Positions 1-8,384 of a DNA stretch of 45,088 nt are shown in pieces. A program made the translations under genes and the position numbers. The notes beneath the pieces were generated by a model that saw only the letters and a program-made list of their open reading frames with translations, was not told where the DNA came from and did no database searches. Each line of letters opens with the position of its first letter. Positions within the stretch are counted from its first letter, which is position 1. Source of the stretch: a virus; IMG/VR virus record IMGVR_UViG_3300038701_001628, positions 1-45,088 of that record; one strand, given 5' to 3'.

Positions 1-235
1 CGTGTTGCTCGCCGCTGACCGGTACCCCGTGTTGCTCGCCGCTGACTGGTCACCCGTGTTGCTCGCCGCTGACTGGTCACCCGTGTTGCTCGCCGCTGAC
101 CGGTACCCCGTGTTGCTCGCCGCTGACCGGTCACCCGTGTTGCTCGCCGCTGACTGGTACCCCGTGTTGCTCGCCGCTGACCGGTACCCCGTGTTGCTCG
201 CCGCTGACTGGTCACCCGTGTTGCTCGCCGCTGAC
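1..235. repeat. 27-nt tandem repeat array, left portion (8 full units plus a terminal core)
   Basis: Unit is cgtgttgctcgccgctgac + 8 variable nt (cggtaccc/tggtcacc/cggtcacc/tggtaccc). The 19-nt core is identical in every unit. Confidence 0.95.
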
Positions 236-588
236 TGGTTCTCGGACTCAACAGACGCACCTTCTTTCGTGATTCTTGAATGGGTGTACTCAATCTGCGC
301 TTTAATTAGGTCGAACAGGGACAGTTCCGCTTTGATGCTGATTTTGGAAGATGACACTTTGTTTGATTCACTATCATCTAGGGTACCTGACTGCTCTACT
401 ACACAGAACCTTGATTCTGATGGTGAATAGTAACTGAATACATCGAACGGTGTAGGACATGCGTGAAACCCAGAACCACAGGCTTCAACTTTTCCTTTGT
501 GTTCATAAGTCTCACCGATCTCGTATTGGAAGTCTCGACAAGTGAGGTCTTTATTAAACCCTTTATAGGTGATGATTGATTTGGTCAT
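1..588 (-). CDS. N-terminal part of tandem-nonapeptide-repeat protein (gene leaves the left window edge and resumes at the right edge)
   Basis: ATG at 588..586 with AGGAG 8 nt upstream. My minus-strand translation is MTKSIITYKGFNKDLTCRDFQYEIGETYEHKGKVEACGSGFHACPTPFDVFSYYSP...AQIEYTHSRITKEGASVESENQ (116 unique aa), then SAASNTG[DY][QR] repeats. Open to nt 1, with a codon boundary exactly at nt 1. Not in the ORF track because it is partial. Confidence 0.75.
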   Translation of the reverse strand, partial: MTKSIITYKGFNKDLTCRDFQYEIGETYEHKGKVEACGSGFHACPTPFDVFSYYSPSESRFCVVEQSGTLDDSESNKVSSSKISIKAELSLFDLIKAQIEYTHSRITKEGASVESENQSAASNTGDQSAASNTGYRSAASNTGYQSAASNTGDRSAASNTGYRSAASNTGDQSAASNTGDQSAASNTGYRSAASNT

Positions 589-623
589 GACTGTAAGCTC
601 CTGAGCTTCATTGGTTTAGCGGG

Positions 624-652
624 ATCATATCAGAGTGTTGGACGATGTGCAA
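624..652 (-). promoter_or_regulatory. sigma70-like promoter for the repeat-protein / leftward operon
   Basis: Minus strand reads TTGCAC (652..647), 17 nt, TATGAT (629..624), about 30 nt upstream of the AGGAG-ATG at 588. Confidence 0.4.
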
Positions 653-943
653 CAATGTTTTGTTGGTTTCTTTGTGATTCTTACTCTAGGCCGATGACCG
701 CAGCAGTTGGTAATCTGTAACCACCTGATTCTATTGAGGAAATAGATTAAATATTTTTCCAGTTAGGTGCGTTAGTACTTCTATTCAAAAATTTAAATTG
801 TTTAGGGTTAAGTAATTGTCTTTTATTATATTAAATAAAAAATAAGACAGAGGGGGGGGTCCAACTATTTAAGTTCTTGATTCCGTATACTAACGCATCA
901 TAATTGGTGATTCGAATTACATATATACGGCACTGTAATTATT

Positions 944-952
944 TGGTATAAT
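944..952 (+). promoter_or_regulatory. extended -10 promoter (TGgTATAAT) for the rightward operon
   Basis: TGG TATAAT at 944-952 has a perfect -10 with a TGn extension. The -35 is poor (tatacg). It lies 37 nt upstream of the ATG at 989 (AGGAA at 977). Confidence 0.45.
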
Positions 953-988
953 CTTTTACACGATTAACATTTTACAGGAAATATAATC

Positions 989-1603
989 ATGCACGATTTG
1001 CTACAAGAGATCACAGGACAAAATGTCACGGATTTTGACACGAGTGGTGTAATTTTTAGTTACACTTATAACAAAGGTGGTGAGGAATACCAGGGTGAGG
1101 TGTCACTTGAAGAGATTTTACTGGAAATGTGGGATCGTAAAAAGAAGAAGAAAAAGGCAGGTGTAGAAGTGGCTGCTAGGTTCAAGAAGCTCAATGACAT
1201 CGATATGATGATAAAGAAGGTGCTGGAAACTGATAGTACTCTTCTTAAAGTTGACTTGATCCATAGTGACCAGATTGCTGAAGTGCTTGAGACTTACTAC
1301 CCAGATCAATTCTACTTTCAGTATTCCAGATTACCAAAGGTGGCATACGGTCTCACAAAGCAGCAGAAAGCACACTGTAGATCCATCGCCGGGCGCATGA
1401 CTAAACTCGGTTACAAGACCTTGAGGACTCGTTCTTACATTCCAGCACAGAACGGAGAACCAGGACATACCAGTACAAGGACTGTATGGGTGTTGAGGAA
1501 CAATGATCGCTATGAGGGGTTAAGTGAGTTAATGGTTCGCCAAGTGGTAGACCATCAGTGGTCGTCTTTACCCGAAGCAGCTAATGGGGTCAGTTTTTTA
1601 TGA
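989..1603 (+). CDS. hypothetical protein with K6 tract and C-terminal PEA..VSFL tail
   Basis: 204-aa ORF with an AGGAA RBS and a 4-nt ATGA overlap with the next gene. I recognise no family. Confidence 0.7.
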   Translation: MHDLLQEITGQNVTDFDTSGVIFSYTYNKGGEEYQGEVSLEEILLEMWDRKKKKKKAGVEVAARFKKLNDIDMMIKKVLETDSTLLKVDLIHSDQIAEVLETYYPDQFYFQYSRLPKVAYGLTKQQKAHCRSIAGRMTKLGYKTLRTRSYIPAQNGEPGHTSTRTVWVLRNNDRYEGLSELMVRQVVDHQWSSLPEAANGVSFL

Positions 1604-2064
1604 TCAATTTCCTAATAGACTACAGACATTTAATATCCAATAAGAAGTTGGGCTTCGTTGTGCAAGTGGTTAGTTCTCACCACGACAACGAGTTACTATC
1701 GTTATTGGTCAAACATGTCGACTCATTTGATTCAAAATCAAAAGAAGTAATACTATCAGAGTTGAAGCATGTTGACATGCCGCCTTTGGAGTACGCCAAC
1801 GATATTCTTTATTCTCTTGTCAGTTTGATTCAACACTTCCCCTTCGCCCAACGTAAACGCAACTTCGAAAGAGTACTGGAAGATGTGGTGGTAATGTATG
1901 AGCGTGCGTTGAACAAGCGAGAAATTGATGCTGATGAATTTCTTGGACTCACCCTCGCCCCCCTCGGTGAAAGGTGGTGGGTGAAGAGTCGTTCCAACCA
2001 CGAGGTATTCAATATGATAGTTAAATGGTTCAACAACAGACCCGAAGCCCCATCCTTCCTGTAA
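1600..2064 (+). CDS. hypothetical protein, C-terminal PEAPSFL tail
   Basis: 154-aa ORF translationally coupled to the upstream gene. No recognisable motif. Confidence 0.65.
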   Translation: MINFLIDYRHLISNKKLGFVVQVVSSHHDNELLSLLVKHVDSFDSKSKEVILSELKHVDMPPLEYANDILYSLVSLIQHFPFAQRKRNFERVLEDVVVMYERALNKREIDADEFLGLTLAPLGERWWVKSRSNHEVFNMIVKWFNNRPEAPSFL

Positions 2065-2096
2065 TCTGGCACACCTATTGCACAGTCTAAGCCCCG

Positions 2097-2570
2097 GTGA
2101 TAAACTGGGGCATGGCCAGAAAACGTATTTCCCTAGCTGACATCTATGGTGTCGGCATCTCCGACCCCAAGCGCGCTAACTTCGTCATTGAGTACTCGAA
2201 GGACTTCGACGCGCGTCGAGCTGCTGCCGTGTCCGGTTATGCCGCTGATTATGGTTACAAGCTTCGCGATGATCCTGAGATCCAGGCTGCACTTGAGCAC
2301 ATTCTCACCTACCGATTAGAGACCAGTCATGTCGATGCTGAGTGGTTGCTGTGGGAGCTTGTCGACAATCACCAGATTGCACGTGCTGCAGGTAACATCA
2401 GCGCCAGCAACACAGCACTTAATACTCTGGCAAAACATGCCATGATTGACGCATTCGCTGCTGAGAAGGTTGAGATAGCAGGTGATGAGGCTATTAAAGA
2501 ACGATTGTTACGAGCGCGCAAGCGTATGCAGAAAGACAATAAGGATGGAGATGACGTAAGTTTCATGTGA
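2097..2570 (+). CDS. terS: terminase small subunit (Terminase_2-like)
   Basis: KRANFVIEYSKDFDARRAAAVSGYAADYGYKLRDDPEIQAALE matches the TerS helix-turn-helix pattern (F..eY...n...AA..aGY). It sits upstream of TerL. GTG at 2097; alternative ATG at 2112. Confidence 0.75.
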   Translation: MINWGMARKRISLADIYGVGISDPKRANFVIEYSKDFDARRAAAVSGYAADYGYKLRDDPEIQAALEHILTYRLETSHVDAEWLLWELVDNHQIARAAGNISASNTALNTLAKHAMIDAFAAEKVEIAGDEAIKERLLRARKRMQKDNKDGDDVSFM

Positions 2571-2577
2571 GGTGTTT

Positions 2578-2799
2578 ATGAAGTGGATCATAGTTACATT
2601 GGTTTTAATGTTGGCAGGTTGCGCATCACCACAGCCTAAGTTATGCGATGGTGTGTTGGTCCAAGTGGGTGTTGCTAAGACATCCAAAGAGTATGATGAC
2701 AAGATCATCTTGAAACTGAAACCAGTGTTCGCGTGTGTGAATCCCAACGATTTAGTAAAACCTGCACCTAAACCCAAGAAGAAAGGTATCAGTGCATGA
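2578..2799 (+). CDS. small lipoprotein (moron between terS and terL)
   Basis: MKWIIVTLVLMLAGC has a canonical lipobox L-A-G-C after a hydrophobic signal. GAGG lies 5 nt upstream of the ATG at 2578 (the track started at GTG 2572). The C-terminus is Lys/Pro rich. Confidence 0.7.
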   Translation: MKWIIVTLVLMLAGCASPQPKLCDGVLVQVGVAKTSKEYDDKIILKLKPVFACVNPNDLVKPAPKPKKKGISA

Positions 2800-3005
2800 G
2801 AGTAACTATTGATTCTGCTGATAACTGTGAGATGTACTCAGTTAATGTATCATGGTGGACCGATGAAGAAGGTTACACTGAGACCACTGCGATTGTGAGT
2901 GCAGATGAGTTAGGCACATTCTTACTACAATACATGCCTTATCAACCCAACCAAAAGAAACCTGAGAATAAACACGCCAATGTTCGACCGTTCATCCGTC
3001 GCTAA
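2796..3005 (+). CDS. hypothetical protein
   Basis: 69-aa ORF with an ATGA overlap with the lipoprotein gene. No motif. Confidence 0.5.
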   Translation: MRVTIDSADNCEMYSVNVSWWTDEEGYTETTAIVSADELGTFLLQYMPYQPNQKKPENKHANVRPFIRR

Positions 3006-4551
3006 TGCAATGAGTCAAGGCATGTCTTCTGACGTGCATGAATTTGACCAAATGGATCTTGTGCTTGCTGATGAGTGCGCACAGTTTCATCACGATCCTT
3101 ATGGGTGGGTCATGTGGGCTTTCGACTGGGGGCATGATGATCTTGAAGGCTTTGACGGTCCTGATGAATGGCAGCGTGAGTGGCTTAATGAGGTTGGTCA
3201 AGCTGTTTCTGACAACGGTTTTAATGGGGTTGATCCTGTTGATCCTGTGCGTATGGCTACTGCTTCTGGTCACGGGATCGGAAAATCAGCACTAACGTCA
3301 TGGATCATCATGTGGATTATGTCGACCAGACCCCAAGCTAAGGGGGTGGTGACTGCTAACACGGGTGAACAGTTACGCACCAAAACGTGGTCGGAGTTGG
3401 CCAAGTGGAAGACTCGTTGCATCGTAGGTCACTGGTTTGTACTCAACAGTGGCAAGGGTTCAATGTCGCTGTATCATAAATCATGGCCGGAATCATGGCG
3501 AGTTGATGCCCAGACCTGTCGAGAAGAGAATAGTGAATCATTCGCAGGACTCCATGCGGCTAACTCCACCCCCTTCTATTTATTTGACGAAGCAAGTGCT
3601 GTGCCAGATAAAATATGGGAGGTGGCCGAGGGCGGGTTAACCGATGGTGAGCCTATGTTCTTCTGTTTCGGTAACCCAACCCGTAACACTGGTCGATTCA
3701 GACAATGCTTCAATCAGCGTCATTTGTGGCGATGCCGACAGATAGATAGTCGCACTGCGAAAATGACAAATAAAAATCTCATTAATCAATGGGTTGAGAC
3801 CTGGGGTGAGGATTCTGACTTCTTCAGAGTTCGTGTTAAGGGTGAGTTCCCACGTGCTGGCGATGATCAGTTTATCCCTGGTGACAGTGTTGAACGAGCG
3901 CGCAAGGCACCGACTCGATATTTAGGCGATGATCCATTAATCATGGGAATCGATGTGGCACGCGGTGGATCTGATAACTGTATGATCCAGTTTCGCCGCG
4001 GTAAGGATGCGAGATCTGAGACGGTATACAGGATACCAGGTGAAAAGGTTCGTAACTCAATGTTGCTTGTATCCAAGCTGACAATGATTCTTGATCGACA
4101 CAAACCCGACATATCATTTCTTGATGCCACAGGTATTGGTGGTCCTATTGGTGACAGACTACGACAACTAGGATACAAAGTTGTTGATATTCATTTCGGT
4201 GAGAATGCAGACGAAGATTCGAAGTTCAAGAGTCGCACTGCTGAGATGGGGTACCGATGTCGTCAATGGTTATTTGATGGGGGTGCAATTGTTGATGACC
4301 CGCTGCTCGAACAAGAGTTGACTGATCGGCTTTATGGACATAATGAGAAGGGTCAGTTGATCCTTGAACGTAAGGAAGATGTGAAAAGTAGGATTGGTCA
4401 TTCACCAGATTGGGCAGATGCTCTATACTTAACCTTTGCACAACCCGTGCCAAAACTTGAAGAAGGGCGTGGTTTGGGTGATTCAGCTCCGTGGGCGCGT
4501 GAATATCTTGACAATCAATCAGGAGACTATGACCCGTTGGAGAATATGTAG
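2980..4551 (+). CDS. terL: terminase large subunit
   Basis: Walker A ASGHGIGKS and Walker B YLFDEAS. RNaseH-like nuclease motifs GIDVARGGSDN and SPDWADALY. The start may be the in-frame ATG at 3010. Confidence 0.9.
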   Translation: MFDRSSVANAMSQGMSSDVHEFDQMDLVLADECAQFHHDPYGWVMWAFDWGHDDLEGFDGPDEWQREWLNEVGQAVSDNGFNGVDPVDPVRMATASGHGIGKSALTSWIIMWIMSTRPQAKGVVTANTGEQLRTKTWSELAKWKTRCIVGHWFVLNSGKGSMSLYHKSWPESWRVDAQTCREENSESFAGLHAANSTPFYLFDEASAVPDKIWEVAEGGLTDGEPMFFCFGNPTRNTGRFRQCFNQRHLWRCRQIDSRTAKMTNKNLINQWVETWGEDSDFFRVRVKGEFPRAGDDQFIPGDSVERARKAPTRYLGDDPLIMGIDVARGGSDNCMIQFRRGKDARSETVYRIPGEKVRNSMLLVSKLTMILDRHKPDISFLDATGIGGPIGDRLRQLGYKVVDIHFGENADEDSKFKSRTAEMGYRCRQWLFDGGAIVDDPLLEQELTDRLYGHNEKGQLILERKEDVKSRIGHSPDWADALYLTFAQPVPKLEEGRGLGDSAPWAREYLDNQSGDYDPLENM

Positions 4552-4593
4552 TAGAATAGATGGCATAATGTTTGCAAACATGAGGAATTCAAT

Positions 4594-4788
4594 ATGTGTA
4601 TGGGCGGCGGGTCTCCACGTAGACCACCTAAAGAACCAGAAGCACCAGTAGCACCAACTGCTGATCTTAGTGATCGTGAAACCAGTAGACAACGACAACG
4701 TCGTGCTGCAGGTGGAACTTTGTTGACCTCGGGTCAAGGCGTGCAGAATGGCGCACAGACTCAACAGAAGACATTACTCGGTGCTTAA
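4594..4788 (+). CDS. small Gly/Pro/Arg-rich protein (T7 gp7.3-like composition)
   Basis: MCMGGGSPRRPP...RQRQRRAAGGTLLTSGQG...KTLLGA. Low complexity, and directly abuts the next ORF. Confidence 0.5.
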   Translation: MCMGGGSPRRPPKEPEAPVAPTADLSDRETSRQRQRRAAGGTLLTSGQGVQNGAQTQQKTLLGA

Positions 4789-5790
4789 ATGTCAACATCC
4801 TTAGTGTCACTGGATACATCACAGTATGTGCGGATTAACACTGCTAAGAGTGCGGTGTTGATTCAGTCATTCCGTGATGTTGTGCGCATTGCTTTCAGCG
4901 CTTCACAGCCAGCTTTCAGTAATACTGCGTTTCATATGTTAACACCCGATCATCCACCTTTGAGATGGGATGCTACAGACACTAATATATGGGCGTTAGC
5001 AACAACTGATCGTTGTGGTTTGTCGATCACTGAGACAGGTAGACCACATGACGCACAAGATGACATAAGTGAAGGGTTGTATCCAGGGGTGTCACAGTTT
5101 AATAAATTCGCATTCCGAGAAGTAGTAACCGGGGGTGCATCGTTTCAAACTGTGTGGAATAGCTCAGCAACATTTATACCGTTGAAAACTGCCAGCACGT
5201 TTACTATTACATATGACAACACCACCGACGGGGTTGGTAATACTGGCGCGCTTTCTTTGTTGATCAGTTACATTGATGATAATGAAAAGCAGGCACAATT
5301 AAACCATGTGCTAGGAAGCAGTGGGTCAGATGTCACTACCGTCAGTGGTTTCGGTATAAATAGGGTTGTTGTTACATCGTCGGGATCTAGTGACATTAAT
5401 GAAAGTGACATAACAATCACGGCGACCACAGGTGGTACTACTCAAGCGATTGTCCCAGCCAACACTGGTGTCACACAACAGGCTATATTTTTCGCACCAG
5501 ATGATGCCGTACCTATTACAAAGTGGCTGTGGTTGAATGCAGCAAAGACTGGTGGAGGTAGTCATCCTGTTATTACCATCAAGGGGTGGGTGTATAATAG
5601 AACAGTTGATTCTAAGTTTTTAATATTCCAAGGGAAGATTGATTCTCAGGTGCAATCTTCTATGGATATAACTGACCCATGTAATTTCCCATTATCAAGA
5701 CGCGATGTGTTGTGGTTCGAAATGCAAAGTGCCACGAATAATACAGGGTTGGATATGCGGTTCTCAACGAATTTATATAGCGATGATTAA
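4789..5790 (+). CDS. hypothetical beta-rich protein (possible virion or accessory protein)
   Basis: 333-aa ORF, Ser/Thr/Gly rich, with alternating beta-like segments. Position between terL and portal. No family recognised. Confidence 0.6.
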   Translation: MSTSLVSLDTSQYVRINTAKSAVLIQSFRDVVRIAFSASQPAFSNTAFHMLTPDHPPLRWDATDTNIWALATTDRCGLSITETGRPHDAQDDISEGLYPGVSQFNKFAFREVVTGGASFQTVWNSSATFIPLKTASTFTITYDNTTDGVGNTGALSLLISYIDDNEKQAQLNHVLGSSGSDVTTVSGFGINRVVVTSSGSSDINESDITITATTGGTTQAIVPANTGVTQQAIFFAPDDAVPITKWLWLNAAKTGGGSHPVITIKGWVYNRTVDSKFLIFQGKIDSQVQSSMDITDPCNFPLSRRDVLWFEMQSATNNTGLDMRFSTNLYSDD

Positions 5791-5792
5791 TT

Positions 5793-7457
5793 ATGACTAC
5801 GATTGAAAGTTACAATAAAAGACTTGAGGCGTTGAAGTCAGAACGATCAACGTTCATTCCACTGTACCGCGAGTTGTCGGATTATCACTTGGCACATCGT
5901 GGGCGATTCCTCACGTCCGACAGAAACAAAGGTTACAAGCGTAACACTCGCCAATACAACAACACATCCCGAATGTCAGCGCGAACACTGGCTTCTGGGA
6001 TGATGGCTGGCATCACATCACCTGCGCGCCCTTGGTTCAAACTGCAAGCTGGCGATCCTGATCTCAATGATTATGTGGCAGTGAAGCGATGGTTACATGA
6101 AGTTCAGACCACAATGTATCGTGTGTTCAGTCAGTCAAATACTTACAATGCACTCCACACTGTATATGCGGAACTCGGTGTATTTGGTACTGCACCAATG
6201 GGAGTATTCCACCACTTTGATAATGTGATTCGATGTAAGCCTTATACTGTCGGGAGTTACATGGTTGCGTCGAACGGGTTTAATGAGATTGACACATTCT
6301 ATCGTGAGTATGAGCTGACTGTTGCTGAGTTGGTTAAGCAGTTTGGTATTGAAAACTGCAGCACTGCGACTCAGGATCTCTGGAAGAAAGGTAACACTGA
6401 AGCCTGGATTAAAGTGATCCATGTGGTCGAGCCGAATGATGATCGTGACATGAACTCACCATTGGCCAAGGATAAGGCGTTCAGATCTGTATATTACGAG
6501 TATGAAGCGGGTTGTAAAGGTGAGGGTAAGTTCCTCAAGCGATCGGGGTTCGATGAGTTTCCAATCATGTGTCCACGATGGGACATCACCGGTGAGGATA
6601 TCTACGCGACCGATTGCCCAGGTATGACAGCACTTGGTGACACTAAAGCATTACAACTTGGTGAAAAGCGCAAGTATCAAGCATTGGATCAGATATCCAA
6701 CCCCACATTACAGGGTCCAGCCAACTTGGTTAAACGACTCAAGTCTTCAGGGGTTGGTGGTCATGTTGCTACTGATTCACCGAACGAAGCATTGACCTCA
6801 GTCTATGGCAACTGGAAGCCGGACCTGAATGCAATCATGACAGTGAATCAAGAAGTAGAGATGCGTGTTAAACGTGCATTTTATGAAGACTTGTTCCTGA
6901 TGATCAGTCAGCAGAATCGAAGTAACGTGACCGCGCGTGAGATTGCCGAGAAGCAAGAAGAGAAGTTGTTGATGCTAGGACCGGTACTTGAACGACTACA
7001 TGCTGAACTGCTTGATCCACTCATTGATCGAACATTCAATATTCTCATGCAAGCAGGAGTGCTGCCGCCACCCCCACAAGAAATACAGGGAAGTGAGTTA
7101 CGAGTTGAATATGTGTCAATCCTTGCGCAAGCACAACGAATGGTTGCTGTGACTGGTATTGAAAGGCTTGCTGGATTCGCTGGAAACCTTGCTGCTGTGT
7201 GGCCTGAGTCGCGTCATAAGGTCAATTCATCCGAGATGATCGACGACTATGCTGAATCAATCGGTGTGAATCCTAGAATGATTCGAGCCGATGAGGAAGT
7301 TGCTGAAATTGAGGCAGCAGAACAAGCTGCGATTCAGCAACAACAGATGGCAGAGCAAGCAAACATGGCTGCTCAGACTGCCAAAACAGCATCGGAAGCT
7401 GACACATCTGATGAGAATGTTCTATCAACCATGTTGAATAATGCAGGACTTCAATAA
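5793..7457 (+). CDS. portal protein (T7-type head-to-tail connector)
   Basis: 554 aa, positioned after terL and before scaffold and capsid. The N-terminus YNKRLEALKSERSTFIPLYRELSDY and the acidic/Gln-rich C-terminus are typical of podovirus connectors. Confidence 0.75.
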   Translation: MTTIESYNKRLEALKSERSTFIPLYRELSDYHLAHRGRFLTSDRNKGYKRNTRQYNNTSRMSARTLASGMMAGITSPARPWFKLQAGDPDLNDYVAVKRWLHEVQTTMYRVFSQSNTYNALHTVYAELGVFGTAPMGVFHHFDNVIRCKPYTVGSYMVASNGFNEIDTFYREYELTVAELVKQFGIENCSTATQDLWKKGNTEAWIKVIHVVEPNDDRDMNSPLAKDKAFRSVYYEYEAGCKGEGKFLKRSGFDEFPIMCPRWDITGEDIYATDCPGMTALGDTKALQLGEKRKYQALDQISNPTLQGPANLVKRLKSSGVGGHVATDSPNEALTSVYGNWKPDLNAIMTVNQEVEMRVKRAFYEDLFLMISQQNRSNVTAREIAEKQEEKLLMLGPVLERLHAELLDPLIDRTFNILMQAGVLPPPPQEIQGSELRVEYVSILAQAQRMVAVTGIERLAGFAGNLAAVWPESRHKVNSSEMIDDYAESIGVNPRMIRADEEVAEIEAAEQAAIQQQQMAEQANMAAQTAKTASEADTSDENVLSTMLNNAGLQ

Positions 7458-7717
7458 TGAGTGACTGCAAAGATGATGCCAGAACTGTTGAGGTAGCTGA
7501 AATAGCTGCTATAATGAGGACTGAGGGTGGTCGTAATTTCGTCTTACGACTCTTAGAGAAGACAGGTTACTTCGGTGATACGTTCGACTCTGACCCCATC
7601 AAGCACGCATACAACGCAGGTCGACGAAGTATCGGCTTGAACCTTGTCAGAGAACTTAGTGACTCTGCGAATGGTGAATTTAAAACAATGCTAAAGGAGC
7701 ATTTTAAAGATGAGTGA
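7457..7717 (+). CDS. hypothetical protein
   Basis: 86-aa ORF overlapping the portal stop (ATGA-type overlap). Confidence 0.55.
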   Translation: MSDCKDDARTVEVAEIAAIMRTEGGRNFVLRLLEKTGYFGDTFDSDPIKHAYNAGRRSIGLNLVRELSDSANGEFKTMLKEHFKDE

Positions 7718-8372
7718 TGCACCCGCAACAACCCCTGTAGAAACAACAGAATCAGCGTCAGCCGATGAGTCATTATTGACTGGCGCAACAGAACCCGAAG
7801 CAACTGGGAAACCAGAAGCTGAAGGAGCCGCCGCTGGCAACGACGGTGGTGCTGCCGACACTGGTAACAGTGAAGGTGATGCTACTGCTGGCGAAGGTGA
7901 CACTGACCAATCTCTCGACGCTTATGCCGATTTAAAAGCACCGGAAGGTATGGAGTTAGATGGGGCGCTAATTGAGAAAGCCACACCTCTTTTTAAAGAG
8001 TTGGGTTTGAATCAAGAGCAGGCCCAGAAACTCACTGACTTCTACGCTTCAGAGATCCAGGCGAGTACACAGAGACAAGTGGAATCTTTCGATCAGCTTA
8101 AGCAGGACTGGCTTACTGAAGTCAAAAGTGACAAAGAAGTAGGGGGCGACAAACTTGATCAGTCTGTTCAACTCGGTAAAGTGGCACTTGATAAATTCGG
8201 TACGCCGGAATTGACGAAGCTGCTGAATGATTTTGGGCTTGGCAACAATCCTGAGATGATCCGCTTCATGGCTCGCGTTGGAAAACTCACCCAGGAGGAT
8301 GACCCCGGCAACGGTGGAAGTTCTGCAAGTGAGAAGAAAGACCGGGTCTCCATTCTCTATCCAAACTCGTAA
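7710..8372 (+). CDS. scaffolding protein
   Basis: Acidic, Ala/Glu-rich, helical 220-aa protein immediately upstream of the major capsid gene. Confidence 0.6.
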   Translation: MSDAPATTPVETTESASADESLLTGATEPEATGKPEAEGAAAGNDGGAADTGNSEGDATAGEGDTDQSLDAYADLKAPEGMELDGALIEKATPLFKELGLNQEQAQKLTDFYASEIQASTQRQVESFDQLKQDWLTEVKSDKEVGGDKLDQSVQLGKVALDKFGTPELTKLLNDFGLGNNPEMIRFMARVGKLTQEDDPGNGGSSASEKKDRVSILYPNS

Positions 8373-8384
8373 TAGGTGATCTAA

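Noticed and set aside
2-430. Track ORF 2..430 (+), MLLAADRYPVLLAADW..., and track ORF 44649..45041 (-), MTSQRRATRVTSQRRATR...
   Set aside because: Both are alternative frames through the 27-nt array, which is open in all six frames. The unique flanks (SD + ATG at 588, protein-like N- and C-terminal domains, stop at 44473) support the SAASNTGxx minus-strand frame instead.
1118-1160. A-rich run (aaaaagaagaagaaaaagg) as a programmed frameshift site
   Set aside because: It simply encodes a K6 tract in frame. No downstream alternative ORF or stimulatory structure.
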